DNA from: Marsupella aquatica
Taxonomy: Eukaryota; Plantae; Marchantiophyta
Length of the DNA: 64,000 nucleotides
Direction: 5' to 3'
Assembly: GCA_973895155.1 (NCBI GenBank)
Contig: OZ316899.1
Coordinates: forward strand, 1,697,573-1,761,572
This document shows, in pieces, positions 25,288-38,927 of this stretch (the stretch's first letter is position 1; each line of letters opens with the position of its first letter). Below the pieces are notes generated by a model. It made no database searches. It was not told the DNA's origin and saw only the letters and a list, made by a program, of their open reading frames with translations. The position numbers and the translations under genes are program-made.

Positions 25288-27599
25288 TGTCACGCGATTG
25301 ACATGGGTCTTAACACCAAAGACGTCACTATGGGTGCCAAAACCATCTCCTTGTACCTGAGGATCACGAAGGGATGTTGTGAAGGCCGGTAAACACCAAT
25401 TTATGCCCTTAACACCAGACTATCATAGCAAAGCTCTATCACACATCACCCAAGCTCAATCCCAAGGAACCAAGGTTGGGGATCAGATCTGCGCTCATGA
25501 TAGTTCTGGTGAGAAGGGGTCTTCATATCGGGCCCGTACACACAGGGCCTAGCGCTACGGTGCGCATAGGTCTATACGTATGCTTACTGTCATAGGTATG
25601 TTTCTATTCCGCCGCCGGAATGTACCCATAAACCAGTGACTCCTGACTGATTCCCAGCTTAGGGACTTCTAAGCCATTGCCCCACCACTCTGCCATTCCA
25701 CTCTCAGCAATCAGAGCTGTGACAGCCCTCACCCAACCCACTTCAATGCACCCGGTACACCTCTCAGTGGCGCTGCTAGTCTCATCATACACTCAGATTG
25801 CCTCACACACACACACATCCATGAGAGAAATGAGGCCTGAAAGGAAAACTCAATTGGATTCAAAGATGTGCACAATAGTTCACTGAGAACACTTGATCCG
25901 AACACTAGGCCCGAAGGCTGTCTCCTCCAGATTGCGACGTGCTTGCCCTGCAAGCCCCGTGCTTGCCATGCAAGCTCAATCCTGAACTCAACCTCCTTCA
26001 CTGCACTTCATTCTTGGGGGCACATACAGATCTCACACCTCCAATTCAGAACGTCAAGTTACGCATGCATAGTTGACTCGACTTCAAAGCTGGTACCAGG
26101 CCTAACGGCGATCTACCCCAGACTGCAATGAGGCCCGGCCTCACGCTTGCCCTGCAAGCTCAGCTCTGGCCATAGATCCCTTAGTGCTCTCCACCAGACA
26201 AAGGCCGGGACTCCCCATGGGTCACGTAGCCTTGCCAGACTGAACTGTAAATGCTCCTCCTGCTGCCCCTTACTCAGTACCTCAGCCTCCCTAATGTGCC
26301 CACCGCAAATCGAATTGAAATCCTCCCCACAGTTTACAATCACCAATACATCACCTATCACCAAGGCTCTGTATCGGGGGAAAAGAACCCAGTTGTGCTG
26401 CCCACTAGAAAGAGCCACAATCCAGCTCGCAAACCTAGCAACCCATTGTTGTGAAGCTTGGCTGATTACTCCCTGAGTAATAGCACAACCAAGCTCTCCC
26501 CAACACGCAGCGTCCAAGTCCAGCCTTGCTTGCACAGAGCTCCTCCCCGCTGCTCAGTCTAAGTGAGATCACACAACTGAAGTCCCCCCCCCATCTCTAC
26601 CGGGGGGGGCTGCTCTATATACTCTCATACTGAGCCCAAATGGCTGGGTACTACGCTGCTGGAGCCCCATCCCAGCCCTAACAGAGCCGCCACTATGTCT
26701 AACTACTGAACCCTAACTCGCCGCTTTATTTCTATCTCGAATTGGCTATGTACTTCGGATTTGGCCCTCCTCCATGGTTTTCACGAGCTTACGCCTCCTC
26801 TCCCGATTTCTGTATTCAACCATTTGCTGCGTGGATAGCAGCGTTGGAAGCGGCTTGAGCTCCTCTTTCCAATGAGGTCAATTATAGCCGATTTGGTCAA
26901 ATACACAGAGAGTTATGCCCCCGCAACCAAGAGAGGGTACTCACTGCTGTGCTAACCCGAGTTACATAGCTAACCCGAGTTCGGCTAACCTAGCTATCCT
27001 ATCTAACCCGAGTAGAGCTAACCCGTGGTCTCGGGTTAGGCCGCTACCCGCTATCCGCTAACCTAGCCTAAGCTGAGCCCGAACCCGAGCTTACCTATGC
27101 TAACCTGAGCCCGAGTTTAGGCTAACCCGAGTTCAATCTAATCCGAACCTAGGTTAAGCCTAAGCTGAAGCTGTGCTGACCTGAGCTAAGCTGAAGCCGT
27201 GCTCACCTGAGCTAAGCTGAAGCCGTGCTTACCTGAGCTAAGCTGAAGCCGTGCTTACCTGAGCTAAGCTGAAGCCGTGCTCACATAAACTAAGCCGTGG
27301 TCGAGCTTGGGTTAACCCGAAACTGAAGCCGAATCCGCTAATTCCGGCCATAAGTTAACCCGTCACACTAATCAGGCCGTATCTCTCTTAATACACCTCC
27401 GTTTCCCGAGTGTTTTATATCGATTTTACTCGCCTTGACCAGATCTTTCCAATGCTCTTTACAAATCCGGATTTGGTGACATATTGAAAGAAATATGGTC
27501 ATCGACCACCCGCGACATAGTTTTTATTTCCCTCTTGTCCATCCTGCCTATATATATATCCCCAGGGCGCACTCGACATTTTGGGCAAAAATCCTCACA
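25288..27599 (-). repeat. Putative large LTR (solo or remnant) of a Ty3/gypsy-like element
   Basis: On the minus strand begins TGTGAGG (27599) and ends CGTGACA (25288) exactly where TnpD coding is cut; TATATA box near 26616; repeat-rich U3-like part; flanks do not form a TSD. Confidence 0.45.
27161..27284 (+). repeat. 26-bp tandem repeat CTGAGCTAAGCTGAAGCCGTGCT(C/T)AC, 4 full copies plus 1 partial
   Basis: Copies at 27181, 27207, 27233, 27259; partial copy at 27161; embedded in GCTAACCCGAG-rich sequence from ~26950. Confidence 0.92.
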
Positions 27600-28076
27600 A
27601 CTATGGATACAGGCAGAGTAGCAGATCTACTGTGGTTGTACCACTCCATTATTGATTGCCACAATACAAAAACCTATGGGCAAGGGTGGAGCATCCAGAG
27701 TAATGGGACGACTATACGTGTCTCTGTGTACAGGCAAAAACTCCCATTGCACAACAGAACTGGCAGGGACCAACCTCATTCCACTCAGTTTCAGGCGTAG
27801 CCTCTTAGCTCTGCCTTCAAGGTCAGCTCCCAATCTGCTGCGCGTTCTTGGCATTACTGTAACAAATACAAGAAGCAATAATTTATCCAACCCAAACACT
27901 CAATGAAATTCATGCAACAATTTAAGATTCAACTATTTCATACAATCAGATAGTTTAGTCCATTTGAGTTTAGTCCATTAGACAGTGTAGTCCACTTCAT
28001 ACAATCAAACAATTTAGTCCACTTCATGAATACTTAATACTATGTTGTGTTTTCTACACAACTGAAGGCTTATGAT

Positions 28077-28770
28077 CTATTTGAAATCATGAGGTGGCAC
28101 ATCAGAACCCTCTGGAATGACATGGCGATTGTAGTACACCATACGCCATGGACCAATATCCCAAGTTTCTCTACCCTTAACCCCTCTCTTCAGGTGTTTG
28201 TCTGCCTCTGGTCCTTCATCTCTGCACCACGCACGAGGGCACCTACGACACTGGATAAATTCCCAGATGCCATCCCAATACTCCTTGCACACATCACAAT
28301 AATGCCTTGGGCATATCAGAGCAGCGGGATGTGCATCTGAGGTCTCTGCATAAGTTATCAGAGGCAACTCGTTCGCCCTCAATATAGTCCGCAGACAACC
28401 CACATGGTAAAAGGAATAGCAATTGTCCTGTGCACACTGAATCACAAGGGGCTCATGGGTTTCACGGTTTGGCCAAGTAACCCACAAGCAAAGCAACAAG
28501 CTCGGTTCTGCTGACAGAGGTCATAGAGCCACTCCTTGTCCCAATCATGCCCTCTAGAAATGGCAATGCGTGTGCACTCAGGCCCATGGCCATCAGGCTC
28601 CTCAGCATCCTGCCCATCAACTAAGTAATGAAAATGTCGACTGCAAGGCCCATTGCAGAACAAAACAGTACCTCCCTCATCACATTCAAAACAACAGGGG
28701 GATCCATGCAAAGGTGCTCCTTATGGGCAAACTTGGGATCCAACCAGGCAGCAGCAGCCCGTGCCATGCT
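28077..28770 (-). pseudogene. EDM2/NSD-type tandem PHD-finger module, frameshifted
   Basis: CFECDEGGTVLFCNGPCSRHFH; CFACGLLG; VIQCAQDNCYSFYHVGCL; ICPRHYCDVC..QCRRCPRAW, in the same order and spacing as the EDM2 PHD cluster; frameshifts near 28490 and 28705. Confidence 0.78.
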
Positions 28771-31700
28771 GAAGAAAATAAAATCTGCACAATTGCCTTC
28801 AACATCACTCCAAAGTCCATTCAAAAACCAAGAGACAAACACAAAGAAGGTAAGTGAAGTGTACTTACTCACAGAGCAGTTGAGCCAGCCCCAGTCGCAC
28901 CTCCAACCAGCATAGACCTGTGGTTACCACACTCATCAGTCTCCCCAATATTTATTCCCCAATTGCCCCAATATTTATTCTCAGTCTGGCCAAACCAGCC
29001 TGCAGGCCTACACCAGCTATTAAGTTTTCTCTAACGTCCCAATTGACAAAACAGCTCAGCCTCTGTTGCACTTAAACTATAACAGAACATACATCTGAAA
29101 ACATTCTGATCATCACCTCCAAACCTTCCGCTTTAACAAACAAATCATAGCCGTCCGTACGTAGCTCTCAATCAATAAACATACAAACCCTAAGAGACAC
29201 ACCCTATCAAATTACTTTAGGAGAAGTAAATATACTCTACAACTGAATTCTAGGTTTGACATGATTGTATGAATTTTAATGGGTATCCTGTTCAGGAGAT
29301 CATTAGTTGAAGTGTTCTAAGCAACTCCAATTCTCAAATACGCACCTAAGGCCTTAGCAGAATTAATAATTACAGGCTTGTTGCAAAAACTATAAGGCCA
29401 GACAGGAATACCTTAAGGGTGAAAGGTTTGCAGACAATCTGTAGAGAGCAGATTGCCTACAATCAAATCGAGACGCCCATAAACCCTGCACAACCACCAC
29501 ACAACAATTGCACATTGCTGACAGGAAATCACATGAAAGAATGCAGTATAACCAGAAGGAAGAAGTATAATGCTTCTAAAATTAACGGACTTTGAAGAGC
29601 AGAGCAGACCTCAGACATGATTTGCCGTTTGGTTCAGACAAAAATTAATAAGACAAGAGAGACAACAAGGTTCCCGAACCTTGCAGCGGGAAGGGTAAAA
29701 AGGGACGCAATGGAGGAAAGAGGAGAAGATGGGCTTTCAGAAGAGAAAACACGACCGAGCAGGGTGAGACAAGCAAGACTTCGTCAAAGGACAGAACGCT
29801 GGAGTATGAAATCCATGATTACTCTGTTTTTGTTATGACATGTAGATTACACTGTAAGAGACCATTACATTAGACCCTAATGTAATACCTAGAGATTGAG
29901 GTAGTTACCTATTCTAACCACCTCCCAATGTAACACATAAAGGTCTTCATCCATAATAGAAACGACATTCATGTTGGAGCAACCTTTGAAGTAAAACAGT
30001 TTTTAGATATATTATATTTTCAGAAGAATAAGGAAGCAAGGCCCAGTGGATCCACACTGTCTTTAAAGGTACTAGCGGGCAATATACAAACATCCAATCC
30101 CAAGCCAACAGATATAACATTGCTTGGCCAGCACAGACAGGAAGCTCGAGAGGAGCACAAAGCAAGCCGCGCAGGGTGAGAGAGAGGCATGAACACGAAA
30201 ACCTATACAGACCAGAACAAAAGCTCCCTTCAAGCTGGGACTCTGCTCTTGGTTGATCGATGTTGCTGATACTAGCTAGTGCACTTTACTGAACTGAAAA
30301 AACATTGATAGCATCGGGCAGTGTATGTGAAAATGAAAGCATTAAGAAGCAACAATAGTCTCAGGGATTGAGGTGGGGTTTTAGGTAGCTTTGGCGCAGA
30401 AAAAAATAAGGAGGGAATGCTAGGCATTTCCTAAGACCAGTAGCCCAATCAAGGTGAGCAGAGCAATAAGTAAAATACAAACGGGAATGCAAATCAAATG
30501 GCAAAGGCATGACAAGAGAAAAGGGAATGGCCAAGGCATGACCACACGCAGCTCAAACCCAAAGCAGAAATTCTAGAGCAAAGTCAAGAAGGACCAAAAA
30601 TGATGTAGCTATACACACCAGATCACCCCAGATCACCCCAAATGCCTTCTACTTTTCCAGTTCCGCTGCTGCAGACCCTAATGTCGAGCCCTCGCGCCTG
30701 CACACTTGATACCCCCAATCAATTTCATACCGTCACAAACGAGTACCGTATGCAATGTTCAAGAAGATGTTGCATCTGCGACCCAGGTCGAGACCATTTT
30801 CAGGGAGCGCAGACGACAGCGCATGTTGATTCGACAGATAAGGGAGCAACATTGAAAGAAAAGCAAGCTGCATATTGAAGACTTAACATTGAAAGCTACT
30901 GTGGGAATACTCACAGATCAGTTGCCAGCGGCCTCCAGTGCAATGCCTCCCACCACCTCCACGTTCTCCTTCAAAGCCACGCTAAGGTTGACGCTACACA
31001 CTACACTCACAGGAGAGAGATCGATCAAGGCAAAAATGCAAATCCGCAACCTTAGAGTGTACTGTACGGAGAAAAAGAGCAATAGGGAAAGAAAAGCAGG
31101 GGAAGCAGACACAAAAGCATTAAGCAAAAGACAAACGGGGATGCCAAGCAAAAAGCATGATAGGAGAGAAGCGAATGGCTGAGGCATGACAAGACGCAGC
31201 TCAAAGCCAAAACAAAGAAGGCATACATACCTTCAACCGGAAACTCTCTTTAAGCTCAAATAGAAGCTGCAGCAACTCGGAGCTTCCCCTAGCGCTCGAT
31301 CACACCAACTCACAGCAATCTGTAGTTGCTCGCAGCAGTTTGCAGCAAGTCCCTAAACTCCCAGCAGCTTGCAGCTCCCACCAACACCTCTCAGCGGCTC
31401 CCAGCGAGTCCAACAGCGCACCAGGAAATCTCCTGAGGAATACAGGTCTGAGCTCGAGCTCGATCGTCAAAAATAGTGAAGCAAGCAACTTCCTTCACAG
31501 TCCTAAGGTGCAACTCGCGACTCTATTCTTGCTGCTTTGATCACAAAAGGTCCTTTCAGGTGAGCGCCCCTCCTTCCTGGTCGTCGTTGCACTGATTGCT
31601 GGCAGCTAGAGCTCCCTTCCACAATGACGGGAGTGTGCGTGTGCTTGAGGTGATCAGCGATGGTGGGTGGTACATAAGGGCAGCAATAGGGAGTTCCCCC

Positions 31701-32719
31701 AAGAGTTACGAGCCTTTCAGAAATCACGATGGCGGCAGCAAGTAGGAACGTAGGAGCTCGGTCCTAGGGCAGCTTCCCACTGCCCACAATAACAAAGTAC
31801 GACCCTCCTCCTCCACCCTAAACCGTAGTCCCAAGTTGCAGCTGAACTCCACAGCATCCGATTAGAAGGCCAGACTAAACTCCCAAGTTGATGAGTGAGT
31901 AAGTGCACTCTGCGTCGCAACGATAAACCCTTCGACAAACTACGCAAAGGAGCAGGAAAACCTCAACATTCGATAAGCTCTTCGCAAAGTTCTTTGTGAA
32001 ACAGGGAATCCAATGAGCCGGGTGCTTCCGGCAGTTCCCGCCAATGACGAAGGCAAGGGCCGGGGGATTGAGGGGATGACATGTGGACGATGGAGATTGC
32101 ATCCAAATGCGACTATGAACGGGAAACTTCAACGGTCCAAGTGAAGGGGTTCCTAGGGCCTTATTCCCCCCATAAAGGACTTAATTAAGTATGTGATGTC
32201 ATTAGGGAGGGGAAAAGGACTTTGCACCACCCATAACTATTTTTCTCCCCCAAAAGTGCAAAAATTACTAACACACCCTCTAGAGAAAAAACAATTCCAA
32301 GAAGCCCCTTTGGGCAATCCATCAGCCATAAAGCATCTCAAATAATTGAAATGTGTGGCTAAGTTAACAGAAGGAGTTAATTGGCAGCCTAAATGATATT
32401 TGGCGGTACCTTAACGGAGTTGTGGGCGTAATTTAGCAAAAGACATAATCTGCAATTTGGGCCCCTTTTTTCTTAATTGAAATGATGGAAACTTGGTACG
32501 GAGCAGTACAATAAATCATCGAAATGAGAACTTACTCCAGAATATCTAACATAGATAGTGGAGTGTGTTTGGTATACTAAGAGACCAAAAGCTATTATGA
32601 CTCTTTTGCCCTCATGACATATATGCAATGGTATGACCCCCATTAAGTGAAGTCTGCCCATATAATGACAACAACATGGAAACAAAGTAACATAGACCAG
32701 ATTAGGGTCCAGGGTTGAA

Positions 32720-33944
32720 GTGTACCCTATCCCGCACCATGTGGAGTGGGTAGCATCCCTAATGGCGGGCTACAATCATAAATATTGCCAATCACCCCCA
32801 GGAGGCCCCAAAGAGTCATATTGTCCATGGCATGCATGACTGCAATAGTGATATCATGAATGACTTATTTTTGTGTCATTTGAATGAATGACATCTCCCG
32901 GCACTCCCTAAATGACAAAAACCTTTAGTCACGCATAGTAATGACTCAAGATCCCTTACAAATGACCTCGGGAGGGTCACTATATGAAGGGTCATACATC
33001 ACGTGCAACGGTTTAAGTCATTTATGACCCCCCTAAGTCACTTTCTATAAAGTTGTACGGCACCAATCATGTGATGACACGTATGCATTTTGCAATTAAA
33101 CAACCCTATATTTCCATAGAAGACTTAACCATTTAAATGGCCCTATACTTCGTCGCACATGATATGCCACTTCCATGGAAGTGACCCCCCCGAGCAAATG
33201 ACCAAATGGAAGTGGTTTGCACTCCTTTGGACAAATGACTCCAAAGTCATACAACTTGGGAGTGTTTTGCCCAAAGTTGGGTGATTCCCTTCCAAGGTGC
33301 AAAAATTTGGCTACAAAAAACCTTTAGGAGGAAAAGTGGCATAACTAGTGGCGCAAGGTTCGAGAGTACCCTATCCCGCACCATGTGGAGTGGATAGCAT
33401 CCCTAATGGCTGGCTACGATCACAAATATTGCCAATCAGCCCCCGAAGGCCCAAACAAGTCATATTACCCATGGCATGCATGACTACAACATTGACATCA
33501 TGAATGACTGAGTTTTGTGTCATTTGCACGAATGACATCTCTCGGCACTCCCAAAATGACAAAAACCCTTAGTCATGCGCACAAAGTTGGGTGATGCTCT
33601 TCCAAGGTGCAAAATGTGTGTTTTAAAAAGCTTTTTGGAGGCCAAGTGGTATAACTAGTGGCCCAGGGTTGTCGAGTACCGTATCCCACACCATGTGGAG
33701 TGGGTAGCATCCCTAATGGCCAGCTGCGATCACATATATTGCAAATAAGCCCCAAAGGCCCAAGGAGTCATATTGTCAATGGCATGCTTGACTGCCGCAT
33801 TGACATCATCAATGACTCATATTTGTGTCATTTGCTTAAATGACACCCCTCGACACTCCACAAATGACAAAAACCTTTAGTCACATGCACAAATGACTCA
33901 AGATCCCTTGCAAATGACCAAATTAGAATGATCTGCACCCCTTT
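32720..33944 (+). repeat. Left part of a tandem array (unit ~310-410 bp, one 644-bp interval)
   Basis: Anchor GTACCCTATCCCGCACCATGTGGAGTGGGTAGCATCCCTAATGGC at 32722, 33366 and 33676. Confidence 0.88.
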
Positions 33945-35334
33945 CACAACTACATTTTTGCATTTCAGGACCAGGTTTAACCTAACCCAAGATGACGTTC
34001 CTTCCATTTACGACGGACTATACGTCGTTAAGCTTTGGACTGTTGTCGGATGTCGTCCGGAGTTCCGACGGGATCAGATAACGTCAACTTGTGTGACGTT
34101 AACTTTACGTCCTTTAAGACACGGTAAGTTACCTTGTATATCACGTTGTACCTTACATTACGTCTTACTAGACGTGGTAACTTACCTGTTCCCAAAAGAC
34201 GTAAATGAGAACAATGTATAGGACGACATTCTTAAGTTTAGGCGTTTGGAACGACGTATCTTCAGATGCGTCGTCATAGAATACCATATGTGCATCGGGA
34301 AAAACGACGTTAATTCCACATATCAGCGGAGGACAGATTGAACTATAGGCGGGAGGCTCACTATAGCCAACATTCCCAAGTGAAGACATCAAAGGTCCTC
34401 AGTGTAGAGAAGTTGAACCGTGGGAGGCAAAGTGTTCAGCTATGGTGCGAAAGTTCTTTGCAAATGTGCATTGTTGTTTCCTCCCGCTTGGTGAGGAGGA
34501 GAAGATGGTTCGAGGGTTCTTTTGCCGTGGAGGGCTTGTTGACAAGCTATGTACCTCACAGACCGATTTCTTGATTGCAAATACGTGGAAACAGGTTGTG
34601 GAGCACTTCAATGACTATGCTGGCTTGATCGAGCATTTCGTTGAAACCGTGCATTTCATCTCTACTCGGTGGGTAGAGTGCTCCATTCTTGCCAACAAAC
34701 AGTTGGATCCAGGAGAGTTCTTGTTGCATCCGAGCAATGATCGTGGTCTAGAAGATTTGCCCGAGGATGATGATGGTGAGGCCTACCCTCCCACCTTGTC
34801 TAAATGTGACCTGTCACCCACTGAACTTCAGATTTGCTATGTTTGATTACAAGGAAAGTTGTGTAGCCGAGGTGGAGGCTCAAAGGCTACAGGCCAGTGA
34901 AGCTGTTGTGCAGAAGAATTGGAATGCTAGCCAAAGGCGTGCTTTGTACAAGAAGAGGAAAGCGGACGAGGAGTACTACTGGTCTGGAGAAGGGACTCCT
35001 TAATCAACATCAGTCTGGAGGGAGGGTGTAGAGGGATGACCATGACTCATGTAGGCTACATTTGCAGTAGAAAGGATGGTACAGCTAATGTGTATCTCTA
35101 TTTGGTCTATGTGCAACAATAAACACATCCATGAGTGCTATTTGTCGCAACAATTGTGTGGTTTGAATGTTGTATCTTTTTCCTGTGATTAACGTCGAAG
35201 AAAATTTAGTACGTTGACTAAACCATCGTATCTAATTATTAACGTCGTTCTACTCGAGGTAATATATTTTTGTCGCGCCATACATCGTTAAGAACATCAT
35301 TTTCACCGTGTTACAACGTATAGAAGGATGTTAA

Positions 35335-35356
35335 TAAACCCTAAACCCTAAACCCT
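35335..35356 (-). repeat. Short interstitial plant telomere-like repeat (TTTAGGG)
   Basis: AAACCCCTAAACCCTAAACCCT; shorter examples near 12800, 40462 and 45871. Confidence 0.6.
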
Positions 35357-35922
35357 TATAACATCGGCTGATGGTTCGGTACACGACGTTAACTACCATT
35401 ACATCAAATTTGCGTAGCTATAAACGACGTTAGAGAATTTGGTATCGACGTAAATTGTTTCGGACGACGTTAATGATAGTTATCCCTTGTAGCAAAAGGC
35501 TGAGGGATCATGTCCATAAATGTATGGTTATTACTTGTTTCTTTACCAAGTGATTAACAAGCCCATCCCACTCTGCAAATTGACAGATGCCTAGGCCATG
35601 AAATATGTCTGTTTATATGCGAACCGTGACAACAGTCAATACAAATGGGGATAGTGAGTCTATCATGTCAATCCTCATCGTCTGCGATAGCTGATGGCAT
35701 GAAGCCTTTCCTGCGGCGTGGAAAGATGGGAATCACAATGGACCATCCTCCCATGGTGTGCATCGGAACCATAAATTAATGCATTGATCCACTTGGCTAG
35801 GAAAAACTATAGTGTCACTAAACTCAGTCCCGCTTGGTGCAACACGGGTCGTGTCCACACGATAAAATCCACACTCATCCTTCACCATGGTAGCTCTTGC
35901 TGGAGGTGACATGATGGACTTG

Positions 35923-38393
35923 TCACCTCACCTCTAACACCGTGGTGGTAAACGAGCCAAAATTAACATCCAAAATATCCAAGACAATGCCACAATAAGG
36001 AACCTCAACATCACCTACATCGGTCACCATATATACTCCAGAGTTACAAGTACTCTTCTTCATATGGTCCGTCCTCCAAGTCCAAAAGTGGTGCCCTGAC
36101 TCATACATGTGAGTATGACTCATAGCCCACATCGAAGGCCCCCTAATGATGTTTTGTACATCAATGGGAATGAATGTAGGGCCATGCACTACAAGGAGCC
36201 CCTCCATGCGCTCCAAGGCCCATATGCAAAATGATGCATGAACACAGTCTCGTGCTGCCCCTATCCGCTGCTGCTCCACCCATGCCCTGCAAGTACTGGG
36301 TCACATATACATTGGATCCCAATTTGTGCCAACCACCTTGAATGTACATTTCAAATCTAAGTAGGACTCAACATGAAGGATTACGTCCCTACCTATACAA
36401 CTCTCGCCAATCTGACATCTCGGTGCGGTTCTCCAACACATAATTGTGGATCTGTTGGCGAAAAATGTCATCATGTAATGATTGCTTCTTTGACGCGCCC
36501 ATCACTCGCAACCCACCATTGTCATCATCTTGTGCCTCTTCCCAAGTTGTGGGAGCTTGTGTGTCCAAACTCCCTATCACCCCGCTTGAGTAGAACAGGC
36601 ACTCCGACATAATATACCCTGTTGCCATACTTCCCTCTGGTCGAGCGGGTTGGTGCACCCAAGACTTTAGCACTTTCATGAACCGCTCTACCGAATACAT
36701 CCACTGCGCATGCACTGGACCAGCAATGGCTACCTCATCCACCAGATGACATAGCAAATGCAACTACATGTCAAAAATACATGGGGGAAACACCTTCTCC
36801 ATATTGCACATAACATGGGCAGACTGTTCCCTCATCTTGGGAATCTCACTCTCCTTTATTTCCTTGGCGCATACCCACCTGTAAGGGGTACTCAAGATTT
36901 TGTCAAATTATTAGTATGATAAACATATGCAATGATCATATCATAAATATATGCCAACAAGACTATGCTAACCTGAAAAATGGAGCACAACTCATATACT
37001 GTATGTCGGAGTAGGCGTCGCTCTCTAGAATCATCACAACAATGCAAGACAGCAGGTAACACATGCTAAATCAACTTGTGATAATCGTGAGACTTCAAGC
37101 CGATTGGGGGTATGTGGTCTTCCCTTGTAGTGCACGCACGGAAGCCGGCTCCGTAATGGCTAGGGAATTTCATTTCACATATCATCCCGTTCATCTCCTT
37201 CAAAATCTGTTTTGGCAAAACCCAAGGAGCAGGTGGCTTCTCCCCATCTCGAGTTATCCAACAACTCTTGACCACTCCAACCTGCTTTGCATCCTCTCGG
37301 ACCCCACAAGTATCATTCATCCCATAAATGTGCTTCACCAGGTTCTTGGCAACATTTACTTCAATATGCATGGGGTCCAACAACCATTGGATGTGGAGCC
37401 TCTACAAGATGAAGAACCAGGTTGTGCTAGTGAGAAACTCATAAATAGAATACTACAAGTCACTAACTTAAAATAGGTCCAATCTGATTTTACTTACCCT
37501 CCAATAAGGCAAGTCCCACAAAGCTGAGCGACGATTGACACCATAGTGCTTAGGTTGAAGTAACTTTGCCTCCACTTTCTCCGCCATTTGAATTTGACCC
37601 TCAGCTGAAGGCCCATTGGGACATGGCCTAAACTCAGTCTCATCCCAATGTGTGGTGTTATGTCGCAATATATCGTCCATTGGCAAACGAACCCTACTGC
37701 CCTCATATGTGGTTTTGTGCAGACGCTTGGAGTATCTCCCATGCAACTCAGGACCACATGAAGGGCAAGCTGAATAACCGGCCACCTTCAAGCCAGATAT
37801 TGTGCCCATACTTGTCAATGACATTTAAAACATTCAGGCCAAAATCCATTGTCACATGCAATAGAACCATGCACAATGTATGTCTCAATTATTTCTATGA
37901 CTGAGAATTACCTGGACCATCCGTGGTGCAATGGGTGATCAATAAGTTACGTCTTTAGAAAGGACGTACGTGTGCGTACATCGGAAATGACGAGGAAAAT
38001 GGGCAAAACTACGTTCTAACAAACGTAACACCGCCAGGAGGAGGAGGACATCACCTTCTCTGGGATATTTTTGCCGATGGTATCCGGTTGGTACCGTGGA
38101 AGCTTACATTGTGCCTTTGGGCACTCTGTATGCTCAGAGTATGTCCCTCTGTACAGGATGCAACCACTTGGACACGTGTGGATAGTCTCTAAAGCCAATC
38201 CAATTGAGGTTAACAACTTCTTAGCTTCCCTCACACACCCAGGGAGAGTGTTTGGTTGGGGCAAGAGTTTTTTGTGGAATAGTTGGAATAGTGCATTTGT
38301 ATGGACATCTGAAGTGTTGAAAACTCCCTGCAAATTCAACATCAACAAAGTGGCACCCAACCTGCATTTGTGAAACCAGGGAATTGTATGCAA
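35923..38393 (-). pseudogene. CACTA TnpD/Tnp2 transposase of element 2; much of the Transposase_21 core is missing
   Basis: CPSGCILYRG; GYSACPSCG; LDPMHIEVNVAKNL; LKSHDYHKL; MHLLCHLVDEV..GPVH..WMYSVERFMK; PYCGIVLDIL. Only ~200 bp separate the N-terminal block from the ACPSCG block. Confidence 0.9.
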
Positions 38394-38927
38394 TTAGTTT
38401 GAGGTATGACATTGGGTGTGGTAAGTAATGGTCGACACATGATACTATTCAATCATGAGACTTACCGTGATGATGGAGAATCCAGGAAGAGTGGAGTTCT
38501 GGCTTCCATTTCCAACTGGTCCCAATCTTCCTGGTCTACTTCCATGGTAGGCCTCTCGCCCTGAGGTGCATGTGGTCCAAAGTGAACGTCCACAAGGTGG
38601 GCAAAAGCTTCCTCTTCAAGAATGGGTGCATCCCCCTCATCTCCATTGTCCTCATCAAAGTCTCCATCATATGCATCATGGTACTCCTCATGGTCACTAT
38701 CCCCTCAACATCTTCCTCATCAGAAAAGTGCAGAGTGGCCCGTAGGTGAAAGTCATGCGCTGACATCGTCATCATGGATGGGTGAGGTGTAGGGGTAACG
38801 TATGCACCATCCTACAATTGTTAAAATCATTATTTAATACAATATTATAATCGAACAAATAATAAAATATGATTTAATGCAATATGCAACAATGGGTCCA
38901 TATATTCTGAATGTATCATGTCCATCC

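Noticed and set aside
26941-26966. TGTAAC on the minus strand as the LTR start
   Set aside because: It is one of many GCTAACCCGAGTT repeats, with no TSD or PPT
27161-27284. Regular 26-bp repeats as a possible CRISPR array
   Set aside because: Head-to-tail with no spacers, in eukaryotic TE context
29100-32700. Short ORFs and a duplicated GGCATGAC..ACGCAGCTCAAA motif (~30535, ~31183)
   Set aside because: No domain signature or element boundaries; cannot support a call
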